Assembly: GCA_963422535.1 (NCBI GenBank)
Contig: OY730227.1
Span: 2,655,582 to 2,719,581 of the forward strand
Length of the DNA: 64,000 nt
Direction: 5' to 3'
DNA from: an uncultured Mucilaginibacter sp.
GTDB lineage: Bacteria > Bacteroidota > Bacteroidia > Sphingobacteriales > Sphingobacteriaceae
Part shown: piece by piece, positions 39,231 to 49,567 of the stretch
How positions within the stretch are numbered: the stretch's first letter is position 1
Layout of the letters: each line of letters begins with the position of its first letter
Position numbers and translations under genes: made by a program
The notes under the pieces: generated by a model
Told to the model about the DNA's origin: nothing
The model's input: the letters and a program-made list of their open reading frames with translations, nothing else
Database searches by the model: none

Positions 39231-39908
39231 ATGAACAAGTCAAAATTTATTGTCCTTCCTTTATTGCTAAGTATTGTATTTATCATCACATCAGCACTAC
39301 GTATTGATGACGACAAACAAACCGAGAAAATAAATAGTGCTACTACTGTTTTAAAAGAGTTTAGCGAAATGAAAGAAAGCATCCCGCATGAATTGATTTC
39401 GGAGTGTGAAGGCATGGTGATTATACCCAAAATGATAAATGCAGGCTTCGGGATAGGTGGTAAAAGAGGGAAAGGTGTAGCAGTTGTTAAATTGCCTAAT
39501 GGTAAATGGAGCGACCCTGTTTTTGTAACCCTTACTGGTGGTAGTGTTGGTTTTCAGATAGGTGTGCAATCGGTTGATTTGGTATTGGTTTTTCGCCATA
39601 AAGGTGTGCTAACAAAAGTTAAAAAAGGCGATTTTACTATCGGTGGCGATATATCAGCAGCGGCTGGGCCAGTAGGTCGGAACACATCAGCAAATACCGA
39701 TTATAAATTTGAAGCCGAGGTTTATTCCTATTCACGTAGTCGAGGCTTGTTTGCAGGTATCAGTATAAATGGTTCAAATTTGGCAATTGATAAAAAAGCC
39801 AATGCCGCCTATTATGGCGATGATGTTTCTTCTCAAGATATTTTCGGCAGAGCCAAAAGCAAAACAGATGCTGTACAAGAATTGAAAGAGGCATTAGATA
39901 ACCTATGA
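39231..39908 (+). CDS. SYLF/Ysc84 lipid-binding domain protein
   Basis: GFGIGGKRGKG, GGSVGFQIG, AAAGPVGR and YSYSRSRGLFAGIS. Confidence 0.9.
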   Translation: MNKSKFIVLPLLLSIVFIITSALRIDDDKQTEKINSATTVLKEFSEMKESIPHELISECEGMVIIPKMINAGFGIGGKRGKGVAVVKLPNGKWSDPVFVTLTGGSVGFQIGVQSVDLVLVFRHKGVLTKVKKGDFTIGGDISAAAGPVGRNTSANTDYKFEAEVYSYSRSRGLFAGISINGSNLAIDKKANAAYYGDDVSSQDIFGRAKSKTDAVQELKEALDNL

Positions 39909-40062
39909 GAATGCCCAAATTTGATTAAATAATATTGCTTTCATAATCTGATAGTTAGGTTGTTTTATTTAAACTATCGGCTTGTTTTTTTAGAAAACTG
40001 CTGCCTAAGTAAAACTTAATCCTATTGTTATCGTACAACGACGAATACTAACTTTTGTAAGT

Positions 40063-41322
40063 ATGTTGTATGGTATGAACGTAAAACGATATTTCTCTTT
40101 TTTAATACTAATCATTTTTGTTAAAATAGCTTCTGCACAAGATGGATATTCGTCTGATGAGCTTTTTCAGCAGGCACGCAAAGCGGCATTTGACCAAAAA
40201 GATTACCCCAAGGCAATTGCATTATGCAAGCAGGCATTAGTTAGAAGTCCCGATTATGCGGATATTCATATTTTTTTAGGTCGAGTATATACTTGGAGCG
40301 ATAAACTTGATAGTGCACGTGCTCAATTTGATGAGGTAATAACCAAACATCCTGATAATGAAGATGCTGCTTTGGCGTATGGTAGTTTAGAGTATTGGAA
40401 TAATAATTCGCCAAAAGCTTTGCAATTGGTACAAGGCGGGTTAAATCATCATCAGCAATCAAAAGATTTATTGCTATTAAAAGCTAAGGTATTGAACGAT
40501 TTGCATCGTTATAAAGAGGCGAATAATACGCTTGATACTTTGCAAAAAACCGACCCAAGCAATACCGAAGCACGTGCTTTGGCTGATAGGATAAAAGACA
40601 ACGCATCGGCAAATAAAATTGGTGTTTCGTACGATTATATTTCCTTCGATAAGCAATTTAGCAACCCTTGGCATTTAGCCAGTTTTGAATATAGCCGGCA
40701 AACCAATGTAGGCACTATAATAGGTATAGTGAACTATGCTAATCGGTTTAATTCAAATGGTTTACAATACGAGATAGATGCCTATCCACATATCTCAAAA
40801 ACGTTTTATGCCTATGTAAGCGAGGCGTATTCGGGTAATGTAGGTGTGTTTCCAAAATACAGAACGGGAGTTTCATTATACGCCAATTTGCCTAATAGTT
40901 TTGAAGGCGAGGCAGGGTTTAGATATTTACATTTCACAGGCGATACTTGGTTATATACACTCTCGTTGGGTAAGTATTATAAAAATTTTTGGTTCAATTT
41001 CCGTACTTATCTTACGCCATCGTACAATTCTATTTCGCAATCTTATTCGTTCCATGCTCGCTATTATACGGGCGGTGCCGATGATTATTTTTCATTCGGT
41101 ATAGGTACAGGGGTTTCGCCTGACGACCCACGCAATATCATATTGCTAAATAATGGTAATAATTATAAGCTACACTCTAATAATATATCGGTAGGGTATA
41201 AGCACTCTTTCAAAAAATTCGATATCATATTTATTAATGTAGGGCTCGAAAATCAAGAATATCAATATCAAACACATGGTAATCAATTGGATATAGGCAT
41301 AGGTTATCAAAAAAGATTTTAA
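40063..41322 (+). CDS. TPR-containing YaiO-family outer-membrane beta-barrel protein
   Basis: Signal ASA-Q; N-terminal TPRs (GRVYTWS..D.AR); C-terminal alternating beta-strands ending in GYQKRF. Confidence 0.82.
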   Translation: MLYGMNVKRYFSFLILIIFVKIASAQDGYSSDELFQQARKAAFDQKDYPKAIALCKQALVRSPDYADIHIFLGRVYTWSDKLDSARAQFDEVITKHPDNEDAALAYGSLEYWNNNSPKALQLVQGGLNHHQQSKDLLLLKAKVLNDLHRYKEANNTLDTLQKTDPSNTEARALADRIKDNASANKIGVSYDYISFDKQFSNPWHLASFEYSRQTNVGTIIGIVNYANRFNSNGLQYEIDAYPHISKTFYAYVSEAYSGNVGVFPKYRTGVSLYANLPNSFEGEAGFRYLHFTGDTWLYTLSLGKYYKNFWFNFRTYLTPSYNSISQSYSFHARYYTGGADDYFSFGIGTGVSPDDPRNIILLNNGNNYKLHSNNISVGYKHSFKKFDIIFINVGLENQEYQYQTHGNQLDIGIGYQKRF

Positions 41323-41328
41323 TACACG

Positions 41329-42489
41329 ATGAAGAAAAGGCATTTACTGTTGTATGTAATTCCTGGTATTTTACTATTCCCAGTTTGGATGTTATTGGCT
41401 TGGTATTTTACCCCAAAAACCAAACTTGTGGCAGCTATAGTTGATAAAACTGTGCTTAATCAAGATGGGCAAGAGCATATCTCGTTTAATTGGCTTCTGA
41501 ACAATATGCGATATACCAAAACCAGTAATGAACGGTATCACATAGGTGCTGATTATTATGGCTTTTTTCCGAAAGAAAATAAAAAATTCAGGATTAAAGG
41601 TTTAGAACGATTTTCATCAGAGCAGTTACAACAGTTAAGTACTGATGCCGATATGACTTATTTTACCGATACCTACGGCATTTATAAACAAGAATGGTAT
41701 AATCAGCACGAAAGCACCGAGCGTTCGGGTATATTGTATGGTGGTATGAGTGCTCAAGATGTTGAGTTTTTGCAAAATATGAAAGCAAAACACAAACTTA
41801 TCATCGCCGAGTTTAATACCATAGCCTCGCCTACTAATGTGGATAATAGAAACAAATTTGAGAAGCTTTTTGGTATGCACTGGACAGGCTGGACGGCACG
41901 CTATTTTGATAGTTTCGATACCATAAAAAATAAAGAATTACCTCGATGGCTGATTAATGATTACAAGCGCGATCATGCCAAAACATGGCCTTTTCATAAA
42001 TCGGGATTGGCATTTGTGAACAATAACGACCAAGTGGTGATATTAGAAGATAGTACCCACATGACCGACCCTGTACCACATATTATTACCTTAGGATATG
42101 GGCAAAAATACCTTTCACTTCCCGAGCGAATGAAATATCCATTTTGGTTTGATGTAATAGCACCCGATTTATCTGTAAACCATGCCATATCACGGTTTGA
42201 ATTGGGCTTAAATGATAAAGGCACTGCCGAACTTAAAAAGAACAATATCCCCACAACCTTCCCTGCTATTATTATGCACAGAGGCAAAGATTATAAGTTT
42301 TACTACTTCTCTGGCGATTTTTGTGATAACCCCATTGGTATAGCTACATCCTATTTTAAGGGCGTTAGCTTGTTTAAATGGATGCTATACAATACCGACG
42401 ACCCTACCGAGCGTAAAAGCTTTTTTTGGGACTTTTACCGCCCTATGATGACCCATATTTTGGAAGAAGATATACCAAAAAAGAAATAG
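41329..42489 (+). CDS. Membrane-anchored periplasmic hypothetical protein, co-transcribed with the YaiO-like gene
   Basis: One N-terminal TM helix; starts 6 nt after the upstream stop; VDKT..EH..FNWLLN, DTYG and YFSGDF motifs. Confidence 0.7.
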   Translation: MKKRHLLLYVIPGILLFPVWMLLAWYFTPKTKLVAAIVDKTVLNQDGQEHISFNWLLNNMRYTKTSNERYHIGADYYGFFPKENKKFRIKGLERFSSEQLQQLSTDADMTYFTDTYGIYKQEWYNQHESTERSGILYGGMSAQDVEFLQNMKAKHKLIIAEFNTIASPTNVDNRNKFEKLFGMHWTGWTARYFDSFDTIKNKELPRWLINDYKRDHAKTWPFHKSGLAFVNNNDQVVILEDSTHMTDPVPHIITLGYGQKYLSLPERMKYPFWFDVIAPDLSVNHAISRFELGLNDKGTAELKKNNIPTTFPAIIMHRGKDYKFYYFSGDFCDNPIGIATSYFKGVSLFKWMLYNTDDPTERKSFFWDFYRPMMTHILEEDIPKKK

Positions 42490-42496
42490 ATGGAGT

Positions 42497-42919
42497 TTAT
42501 TTTTTTTCGAGGCTAAAAGTTATTGGCAAAGAATAATATACTCGTACAGGTTTGCCATTCTGGAATCCAGGAGTCCATTTAGGACTGTTTTTTAACACGC
42601 GTATAGCCTCCTCATCTATTTCTTTTGATACACTTCTCAAAACCCGTATATGACTTAAACTGCCATCTTTTTCAACTACAAAGAAGAGGAAAACTTTGCC
42701 TTGAATATTTTGTTTTTGAGCTTCTAGAGGGTATTTAATATTTGCGGCGATGTATTCAGAAAATGCTGTCATTCCTCCCTCAAAAACAGGTGGAACCTCT
42801 ACACCTGTGAATATTCTTTTATCGGTGTCATTTTGCATTTTTGGTAAATCATTGCTCACTTGCGCTTTAGCTACTGTAAAGCAGGCAGTCATTAATAGTG
42901 TAATAAGGATTGTTTTCAT
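42497..42919 (-). CDS. Short TonB C-terminal domain protein with a cleavable signal peptide
   Basis: PPVFEGG, IKYP.EA..NIQGKV..FVVEKDG and WTPGFQNGKPV; signal AKA-Q. Confidence 0.85.
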   Translation of the reverse strand: MKTILITLLMTACFTVAKAQVSNDLPKMQNDTDKRIFTGVEVPPVFEGGMTAFSEYIAANIKYPLEAQKQNIQGKVFLFFVVEKDGSLSHIRVLRSVSKEIDEEAIRVLKNSPKWTPGFQNGKPVRVYYSLPITFSLEKK

Positions 42920-42921
42920 GT

Positions 42922-44514
42922 TTATTCGATAATTACTTTTTTAATATAAAATACTTCGGGGTCTATTGTTGGGATTGTTTTACTATTTAGAGTTATACCT
43001 TTACTATCTATCATCAAACGCTTAGTGCTCTCATCGGTGCGAATATCAAGCGGTAAAGCCATATTAATGTTTTGTAATTTGATGTGATACTTATTGTTTG
43101 GCAATTGTTTGATATGTACTTCCAATTTGTTGGTGGTGCGTAGATACAAATCAAACAATGGTTTCAAATTGTGTCCTGTTTCTTTTGTGAAAAATCGTTC
43201 TACATCATCGGTATTTACCAAATTATCATACGTGTATTGCGAACTGGTTGCAAACTTTTTCAATGCAGGGAAAAACAAACTATCGCCTATTACATAGCGC
43301 AATGTGTGCATAAAAAATGCTCCTTTCGAATAGATATCATCAGTATAGGCAGCTTCTTCGTCCATGTCGGGGTGCTGCACTACGGGCAATTTATTTTCGA
43401 TGCCATAAATACTTTGCTGAAATATTTTATTATAGGCATTTTCCCCTTCAAACTCTCTGGTATATAAAGCATCTCCAAACGAGCATATCCCTTCGTGTAT
43501 CCAATAGTCGGCCCAATCTTTGGCGGTTACTTTATTACCCCACCATTCGTGCCCAAATTCGTGGTGCATCAACCAATCGTAATCTTCGCCACCAATTTTG
43601 GTGTAGTTAAATTTATTGCCATAAGCTACCATGCTTTGATGTTCCATACCCAAATGAGGCGTTTCAACCATACCTATCTTTTCTTTAGCCCAAGGATACT
43701 CACCAAAATACTTTTCCTGCTCACGAATAGTTTTTACAAAAACATCCAAAAAATGCTCGGCTTTATCAGCATGCTCATTCAATACATAAAATTGAACAGG
43801 AACAGAATGCCCATCAACGGTAGTATATGGTCGGCTATATACTTTATAATCGCCTACATTAAACAATATGCTATAATTGTTGATAGTATAATTTGTTTTC
43901 CAATGATAGGTAGCCGTATTGCCTTTTTGTGTCACACTTTGCAATAAGCCCGGTGCAGCTACTACCAAATCTTTCGGAACGGTAATCATCATATCCACTC
44001 CTTCATTTGGTTCGTCGGATGGATGGTCTTTACAAGGGAAATAAACTTTACCGCCAGTGCCTTCGGCAGTTATAGCCATCCATTGATGCCCAGTTGCATC
44101 TCGCGTCCATGTGAAACCATCGTCCCAAGGTGGGCGACGCGCTACGTGTGGTTTGCCGCCATAAAATACTTTTACACTCGCTTTTCCAGTAGCTAGTTTT
44201 TTATCAAGATGGATAGCAATCAGGTTGTTTTTATAATCAAACTTTTCGCTCTTCCCATTTACCAATACACGATGCACATTTAACGAGTCGAGCAAATCAA
44301 ATAGTAATACACGTGTAGGTTTTGATAGGATGATATCAATAGTGGTATAACCCTCAATAGCATGCTGGTCAAAATCAATATTTAAGGCAATGGTGTAATG
44401 TCTTACATCCATTATAGCTTGTTCAGGCTTTAATTTTCCACCCGATGTAAGTTTTTGGGCATCAACTGTAGTAAAGCACAAGGCTATTAATATTAAAATA
44501 AAAAATGCTTTCAT
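42922..44514 (-). CDS. Secreted M1-family aminopeptidase
   Basis: LGMEH (GAMEN-like), HEFGHEWWG...IHEG and IYSKGA; signal VDA-Q. Confidence 0.9.
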   Translation of the reverse strand: MKAFFILILIALCFTTVDAQKLTSGGKLKPEQAIMDVRHYTIALNIDFDQHAIEGYTTIDIILSKPTRVLLFDLLDSLNVHRVLVNGKSEKFDYKNNLIAIHLDKKLATGKASVKVFYGGKPHVARRPPWDDGFTWTRDATGHQWMAITAEGTGGKVYFPCKDHPSDEPNEGVDMMITVPKDLVVAAPGLLQSVTQKGNTATYHWKTNYTINNYSILFNVGDYKVYSRPYTTVDGHSVPVQFYVLNEHADKAEHFLDVFVKTIREQEKYFGEYPWAKEKIGMVETPHLGMEHQSMVAYGNKFNYTKIGGEDYDWLMHHEFGHEWWGNKVTAKDWADYWIHEGICSFGDALYTREFEGENAYNKIFQQSIYGIENKLPVVQHPDMDEEAAYTDDIYSKGAFFMHTLRYVIGDSLFFPALKKFATSSQYTYDNLVNTDDVERFFTKETGHNLKPLFDLYLRTTNKLEVHIKQLPNNKYHIKLQNINMALPLDIRTDESTKRLMIDSKGITLNSKTIPTIDPEVFYIKKVIIE

Positions 44515-44527
44515 TGTTTTAATATAA

Positions 44528-45505
44528 TTAGTATTCTCTTATCATTAACCCGTCGGCAAAGTCGCGGAGGTATTGTTTATGCTCGGTTGGTAGGCTGATA
44601 GCATCAAGGGCTTCAAATGCTTTGTCGGTATAAGTTTGCATCGCATTTTCGGCAAATTGTCTTACCTGCAATTGGTTGTATAACTCGGTTACGGCTATTA
44701 CTTTTTCTTCATTTTTATTGGGTTGTTGTACACTTATCCAATGGTTTAGTTCACGGGTTTGTGCTTCGTTAGCCAATGCTAATGCTTTTATCAGGAGGAA
44801 TGTTTTTTTGTTAGCCAATATATCGCCGCCTACTTGTTTGCCAAACTTTTCGGGATTACCATATACATCCAAAATATCATCCTGCAACTGAAAAGCAATA
44901 CCCAGTTGTTCGCCAAAAGTGTATAGCAAATCGGCATCTGTACTACTTGCGCCACCTATCATCGCGCCAATTTTTAATGCTCCACCTAATACTACTGCTG
45001 TTTTTAGCCGTATCATATTGATATACTCCTCAATATTTACATCGCTACGGTTTTCAAACTCCATATCTATCTGCTGCCCTTCGCATACGCCTACGGCTGT
45101 ATCGTTAAAGATATCTAATATGGGGCGAAGCAGATGGTCGTCAACCTGCATCATTAGCTTGTAACCCTCTATCAGCATTACATCGCCTGATAGTATTCCC
45201 ACATTTTGGTTCCAACGCTCGTGCACGGTTACACTTCCACGTCTTAGCGGGGCATTGTCCATAATGTCATCGTGCATTAGGGTGAAATTGTGAAACACCT
45301 CGATAGCCAAAGCAGGAGGGATGGCTTTTTGTACATCTCCGCCAAACATATCGCAAGCCATCAGTAACAATGCTGGGCGCATGCGTTTGCCGCCAAGCGA
45401 TAGTATATATTTTATAGGCTCATATAACTCTGCTGGATAGGTAGGAAAACTGAGTTTGTTTACTTCTTCGCTTATTATCGTTTGCAAATCAAAAAGTGGC
45501 TTCAT
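44528..45505 (-). CDS. Polyprenyl diphosphate synthase (IspA/IspB family)
   Basis: GGKRMRP, HDDIMD..RRG, EGQQID, KTA and FQLQDD. Likely start is 45505. Confidence 0.93.
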   Translation of the reverse strand: MKPLFDLQTIISEEVNKLSFPTYPAELYEPIKYILSLGGKRMRPALLLMACDMFGGDVQKAIPPALAIEVFHNFTLMHDDIMDNAPLRRGSVTVHERWNQNVGILSGDVMLIEGYKLMMQVDDHLLRPILDIFNDTAVGVCEGQQIDMEFENRSDVNIEEYINMIRLKTAVVLGGALKIGAMIGGASSTDADLLYTFGEQLGIAFQLQDDILDVYGNPEKFGKQVGGDILANKKTFLLIKALALANEAQTRELNHWISVQQPNKNEEKVIAVTELYNQLQVRQFAENAMQTYTDKAFEALDAISLPTEHKQYLRDFADGLMIREY

Positions 45506-45536
45506 ATATTTAAAAAAGTAGGGCAAAGTTAAACTA

Positions 45537-47669
45537 CTATTGCAGTAACGAGAAATCAATCTGCTTCTTTGTCAAATCAACATTCTTTACTCTAATGCGC
45601 ACTTCATCTCCTAAGCGGTAAACTTTCTTTTTACGCTGACCAATAATGGCATAATTTTTTTCGTCGAGGGTATAAAAATCATCTGTTATATCGCGTAGGC
45701 GTATCATGCCTTCGCATTTGTTTTCGATAATTTCTACATACATACCCCACTCGGTAACGCCCGATATGATACCCGTGTAGGTTACACCAATTTGGTCTTT
45801 TAAGAATTCGGCTTGTTTATATTTTACTGATGAGCGTTCGGCATCGGCCGCTTTCTTTTCCATTTGCGACGAATGTTGGCACAGTTTTTCATAATGCTCG
45901 GCATTGGCCGATTGCCCGCCATTAAGATAATGGAATAATAGGCGATGCACCATCACATCGGGATAACGACGTATAGGCGATGTAAAGTGGGTATAATAAT
46001 CAAATGCTAAACCGTAGTGACTGCTGCTTTTGGTGGTATAAATAGCCTTTGCCATAGCCCGAATAGCCAAATGCGTTAATACATTTTGCTCTTTTTTGCC
46101 CTCTACATCTTCCATCAAAAAGTTTAATGATTTGGCTGTTTCTTTGTCCGATTTCATATTGATGCGATAGCCAAACCTTGCAGCAAATTGCGCAAAACTT
46201 GCCAAGCTTTCGGGTTTGGGCGAGTCGTGCGCACGATACACAAACGTATATTTGTGTTTCCCTTTGCCTTTTTTACTGATAAACTCTGCCACTTTTCTGT
46301 TAGCCAGTAGCATAAAATCTTCAATAAGCTTATGCGCATCTTTACGCTCTTTTACATACACGCCTACAGGTTTGCCCTGCTCATCCAATTTAAATTTTAC
46401 TTCGGTAGTTTCAAAACTAATAGCACCATTTTTAAATTTCCTATCCCGTAGTTTATAGGCTAGTTCATTTAGTTTTAATATTTCGGTATCAAATTCGCCT
46501 GCTTTATTTTCAATAATGGTTTGCACTTCTTCGTATGTAAAACGCCTGTTCGAGTGGATGATAGTTTTGCCAAACCACTCATCAACCACGTGGGCTTCTT
46601 CATTCAGTTCAAACACTGCCGAAAAGCAAAGTTTATCCTCTTTTGGGCGCAACGAGCATAAACCGTTCGAGAGCCTTTCGGGAAGCATGGGTATTACCCT
46701 ATCAACCAAATAAACTGATGTGCCTCGTTCAAATGCTTCTTTATCCAAAGCCGAATCGGGGATGATATAGTGCGATACATCAGCAATATGCACACCTATT
46801 TCGTAATTACCATTGGGGAGTGTTTTAAACGAAATTGCATCGTCAAAATCTTTAGCATCAAAGGGGTCGATAGTAAAAGTTAAAATATCCCTAAAATCTC
46901 GTCTTTTTTTAATCTCATCAGCCGTAATAACGTCCGAAATTGCTTCGGCATCGTGCTCCACCTCCGCAGGAAACGACAAGGGGAAACCATACTCGGCAAG
47001 TATGGCATTCATCTCGGTATCATTCTCGCCTTGTGCCCCCAAAATATGTTTAATGCGCCCTACAGGATTTTTTGCTTCGGCAGGCCAATCGGTAATTTCG
47101 GCTACTGCTTTTATGCCATTTTTTGCTCCGTTAAGTTCGCTGATGGGGATAAAAATATCGTGCATCATTTTCCTATCATCAGGAATAAAAAATGCAAACC
47201 GTTCGGATAGCTTTACAATACCCGTAAACTCCATTTTATTGCGCTGGAGTATTTCTATAACCTCGCCCTCTTTGCGCGAGCCTTTGCTTTTGGCATATAC
47301 ATACACCTTCACACGGTCGCCATTTAAGGCATTGCGCAGCTTGCGAGGTGCTACAAAAATATCGGCCTCGCTGTCGTCATCCGTTACAATAAAAGCCGAG
47401 CCATCGTTGGTTAAATCAACCTTACCCTCTACAAAAGTTTTCAACTCGCGCAGTTGAAACTTACCAGGCGAAAGCTCGCGCAGTGTGCTTTTTTTTGCTT
47501 CTTCTTTTAAGATATCGAGTATAATGTCGCGTGCTTCGGGGTCAATAATGTTGAGCTTTGCAGCAACTTGCTTGTAGTTTAGTGCGGTATTACCATTTTG
47601 CTCAAATACCCCAAGCACCAATTGGGTGAGTACTTGCTTAATAGATGAGCTGTTTTTATGTTTCGACAT
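45537..47669 (-). CDS. rnr: Ribonuclease R
   Basis: Cold-shock/OB domains, TIDPFDAKDFDDA, YTHFTSPIRRYPD and a C-terminal S1 domain. Confidence 0.96.
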   Translation of the reverse strand: MSKHKNSSSIKQVLTQLVLGVFEQNGNTALNYKQVAAKLNIIDPEARDIILDILKEEAKKSTLRELSPGKFQLRELKTFVEGKVDLTNDGSAFIVTDDDSEADIFVAPRKLRNALNGDRVKVYVYAKSKGSRKEGEVIEILQRNKMEFTGIVKLSERFAFFIPDDRKMMHDIFIPISELNGAKNGIKAVAEITDWPAEAKNPVGRIKHILGAQGENDTEMNAILAEYGFPLSFPAEVEHDAEAISDVITADEIKKRRDFRDILTFTIDPFDAKDFDDAISFKTLPNGNYEIGVHIADVSHYIIPDSALDKEAFERGTSVYLVDRVIPMLPERLSNGLCSLRPKEDKLCFSAVFELNEEAHVVDEWFGKTIIHSNRRFTYEEVQTIIENKAGEFDTEILKLNELAYKLRDRKFKNGAISFETTEVKFKLDEQGKPVGVYVKERKDAHKLIEDFMLLANRKVAEFISKKGKGKHKYTFVYRAHDSPKPESLASFAQFAARFGYRINMKSDKETAKSLNFLMEDVEGKKEQNVLTHLAIRAMAKAIYTTKSSSHYGLAFDYYTHFTSPIRRYPDVMVHRLLFHYLNGGQSANAEHYEKLCQHSSQMEKKAADAERSSVKYKQAEFLKDQIGVTYTGIISGVTEWGMYVEIIENKCEGMIRLRDITDDFYTLDEKNYAIIGQRKKKVYRLGDEVRIRVKNVDLTKKQIDFSLLQ

Positions 47670-48238
47670 AAGTGCGTTTTAATTGCACTAAAGGTACTAA
47701 GATTACCCGAACCCAAATGGATAATAATTATCTTGATGCTATACCATCGTTACGCCAAAAACTAAAGCGAGATAAACTCTTTGTCATCATCTATCACAGC
47801 TATTAATAAACTCAACAGTATTGCCTTTTCTTTCAGGGTTTCCTAGTAAATACCAAACCTGTTCGAGTGTTTACATATATTGGAACATTTTTTTATTTAT
47901 TAAGTAAGAGCCTAATCTTGGTTCTAAGTCATTAAGATGCCTTTTTTCTTTTTGGAACTTCGTAGGCAGCTTTAAACCATTCATTTAATTACAAAACTTC
48001 CATACTTGAACAATTCTATTATCATTCTCAATAGCTGTAAGATTTAGTTTATTCAAGACTATATCAATGTTACTTTCTCCAACATTACCTCAGTATCAAA
48101 AGAACCTTCTTCAATATCGTATATTAAAGTTTTCGACTCTAAAGTGTTAGTATAATCTATATGGAATTTCGTATCAATGAGCAAGGTTAAAGGGTAAATA
48201 GCGTGTTTTGTTAATTTATTTACAAGAAGATGAATGCC

Positions 48239-48862
48239 CTACCAAGTAGCAGGAGCAATTTTATTCTTATTTGGTATTTCAAAAACGCTATTGTCTAATT
48301 TCATAGGAGTTATACTTATAGCTGTGCTAGAGAAAGTGAACAGCTCATTTTCATATACCGTTTTTAGGGGTAATGCTTTCGTTTTTGACACCATGTCGTA
48401 CCAATTTCCATAAGCATGTTGTTTAAATAGATCAGGGTTTACCCGATACTTCGTATTGTAATAATAATATACCTTACTTTTCGGAGTATAAACTATTAGC
48501 ACATCACAAAGTACCCCCATAACAGTTTCTTTGCTTTTTCTAATTTCATACTTTGTTGCGGCATCTTTATTTTTACTATAATCTTCCCAATAAAGCGAAT
48601 CAGATTTAGCTGTAAGCGAATAACTTCTATTTTCTGCACTTTTATACAGTTGCATTTTAACAAACGAGCCATTGAAGATGGATTTGTAATCACCTCCCTT
48701 AATATAATATTCCTGTGTTGTGCCCATAATTGTATTCAGTTGCTCATCCTTCAATCGAGCAGAGTTGCTTTTATAGGAATTGGCGTAAGTAATCTTTCCC
48801 TCAAAGGATTGAGCAAAGCCAATCATTGGACTAAATAATAATAATAAAATAAATACTTTCAT
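48239..48862 (-). CDS. Secreted hypothetical protein (DUF4412/GLPGLI-like architecture)
   Basis: Signal GFA-Q, FEGKITY, ETVMGVLC and ALPLKT. Confidence 0.65.
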   Translation of the reverse strand: MKVFILLLLFSPMIGFAQSFEGKITYANSYKSNSARLKDEQLNTIMGTTQEYYIKGGDYKSIFNGSFVKMQLYKSAENRSYSLTAKSDSLYWEDYSKNKDAATKYEIRKSKETVMGVLCDVLIVYTPKSKVYYYYNTKYRVNPDLFKQHAYGNWYDMVSKTKALPLKTVYENELFTFSSTAISITPMKLDNSVFEIPNKNKIAPATW

Positions 48863-49110
48863 TCGTTTGGGTGTAAAGGTTTGTTTAAAGTTAGATAATT
48901 TTTCTTAAATTCTATTTCGACGGTATTGCCAATTCTAGCGGCTGTAATGTGTAAGTTACCAGTAAATGTTTTTTGTCAACTGTAAACTTAGAGGAATAGG
49001 TAAACAAAGGATTTACAGAATGATTTCCCATATAATTACATTCAACAATTATTTTATTTCCTACATCTTTAGTCATTTTCGATAGTTTTTATAGCAGCGT
49101 GCGTGTCCCC

Positions 49111-49515
49111 TTACCGCCAGCACCCAATTATTGCTCCCATCAAGGTTAATGATACGATGCTATAGCCGCCGTTTATAAAAATATGTCGCCAGCTGCGTAG
49201 TTCAAATAAACTATGAATAGCAATTGCCGAAAATGCCCATATCCCAGCCAAAAAACCGGCTTCGGCACCCCAAGCGGTGGTGGTTTTTGCATCAGCCAAA
49301 AACATAGCCAAATTTACCGCCATGAGTAACGAAAATATAGCAGTAAAGCCAAATATCTTTGCTTTGTTGCCTTTTTCAAGTTGTTCAACAGTCAAATTGC
49401 TGTCGTTCATCCAAGCGTTGCCAAATACCGAACGTGAATACCAAACGCCACCCACGGCAAATGATGATAAGCCAGCCACTAGGGTAGCCAACCAGTTGAT
49501 TTGTGAAAAGTCCAT
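49111..49515 (-). CDS. DUF1761-family membrane protein
   Basis: INWLA.LVA..GGVWYS..FG..W; FINGGY; four TM segments. Confidence 0.85.
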   Translation of the reverse strand: MDFSQINWLATLVAGLSSFAVGGVWYSRSVFGNAWMNDSNLTVEQLEKGNKAKIFGFTAIFSLLMAVNLAMFLADAKTTTAWGAEAGFLAGIWAFSAIAIHSLFELRSWRHIFINGGYSIVSLTLMGAIIGCWR

Positions 49516-49567
49516 CGTTTAAAGGTTAATTAAAGTTCAAATAAAGATAAAAAAACTTTATTCAATT

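Noticed and set aside
46813-47457. 214-aa + strand ORF, with other short ORFs inside rnr
   Set aside because: Ser/Ile-rich antisense translation typical of shadows of a real gene.
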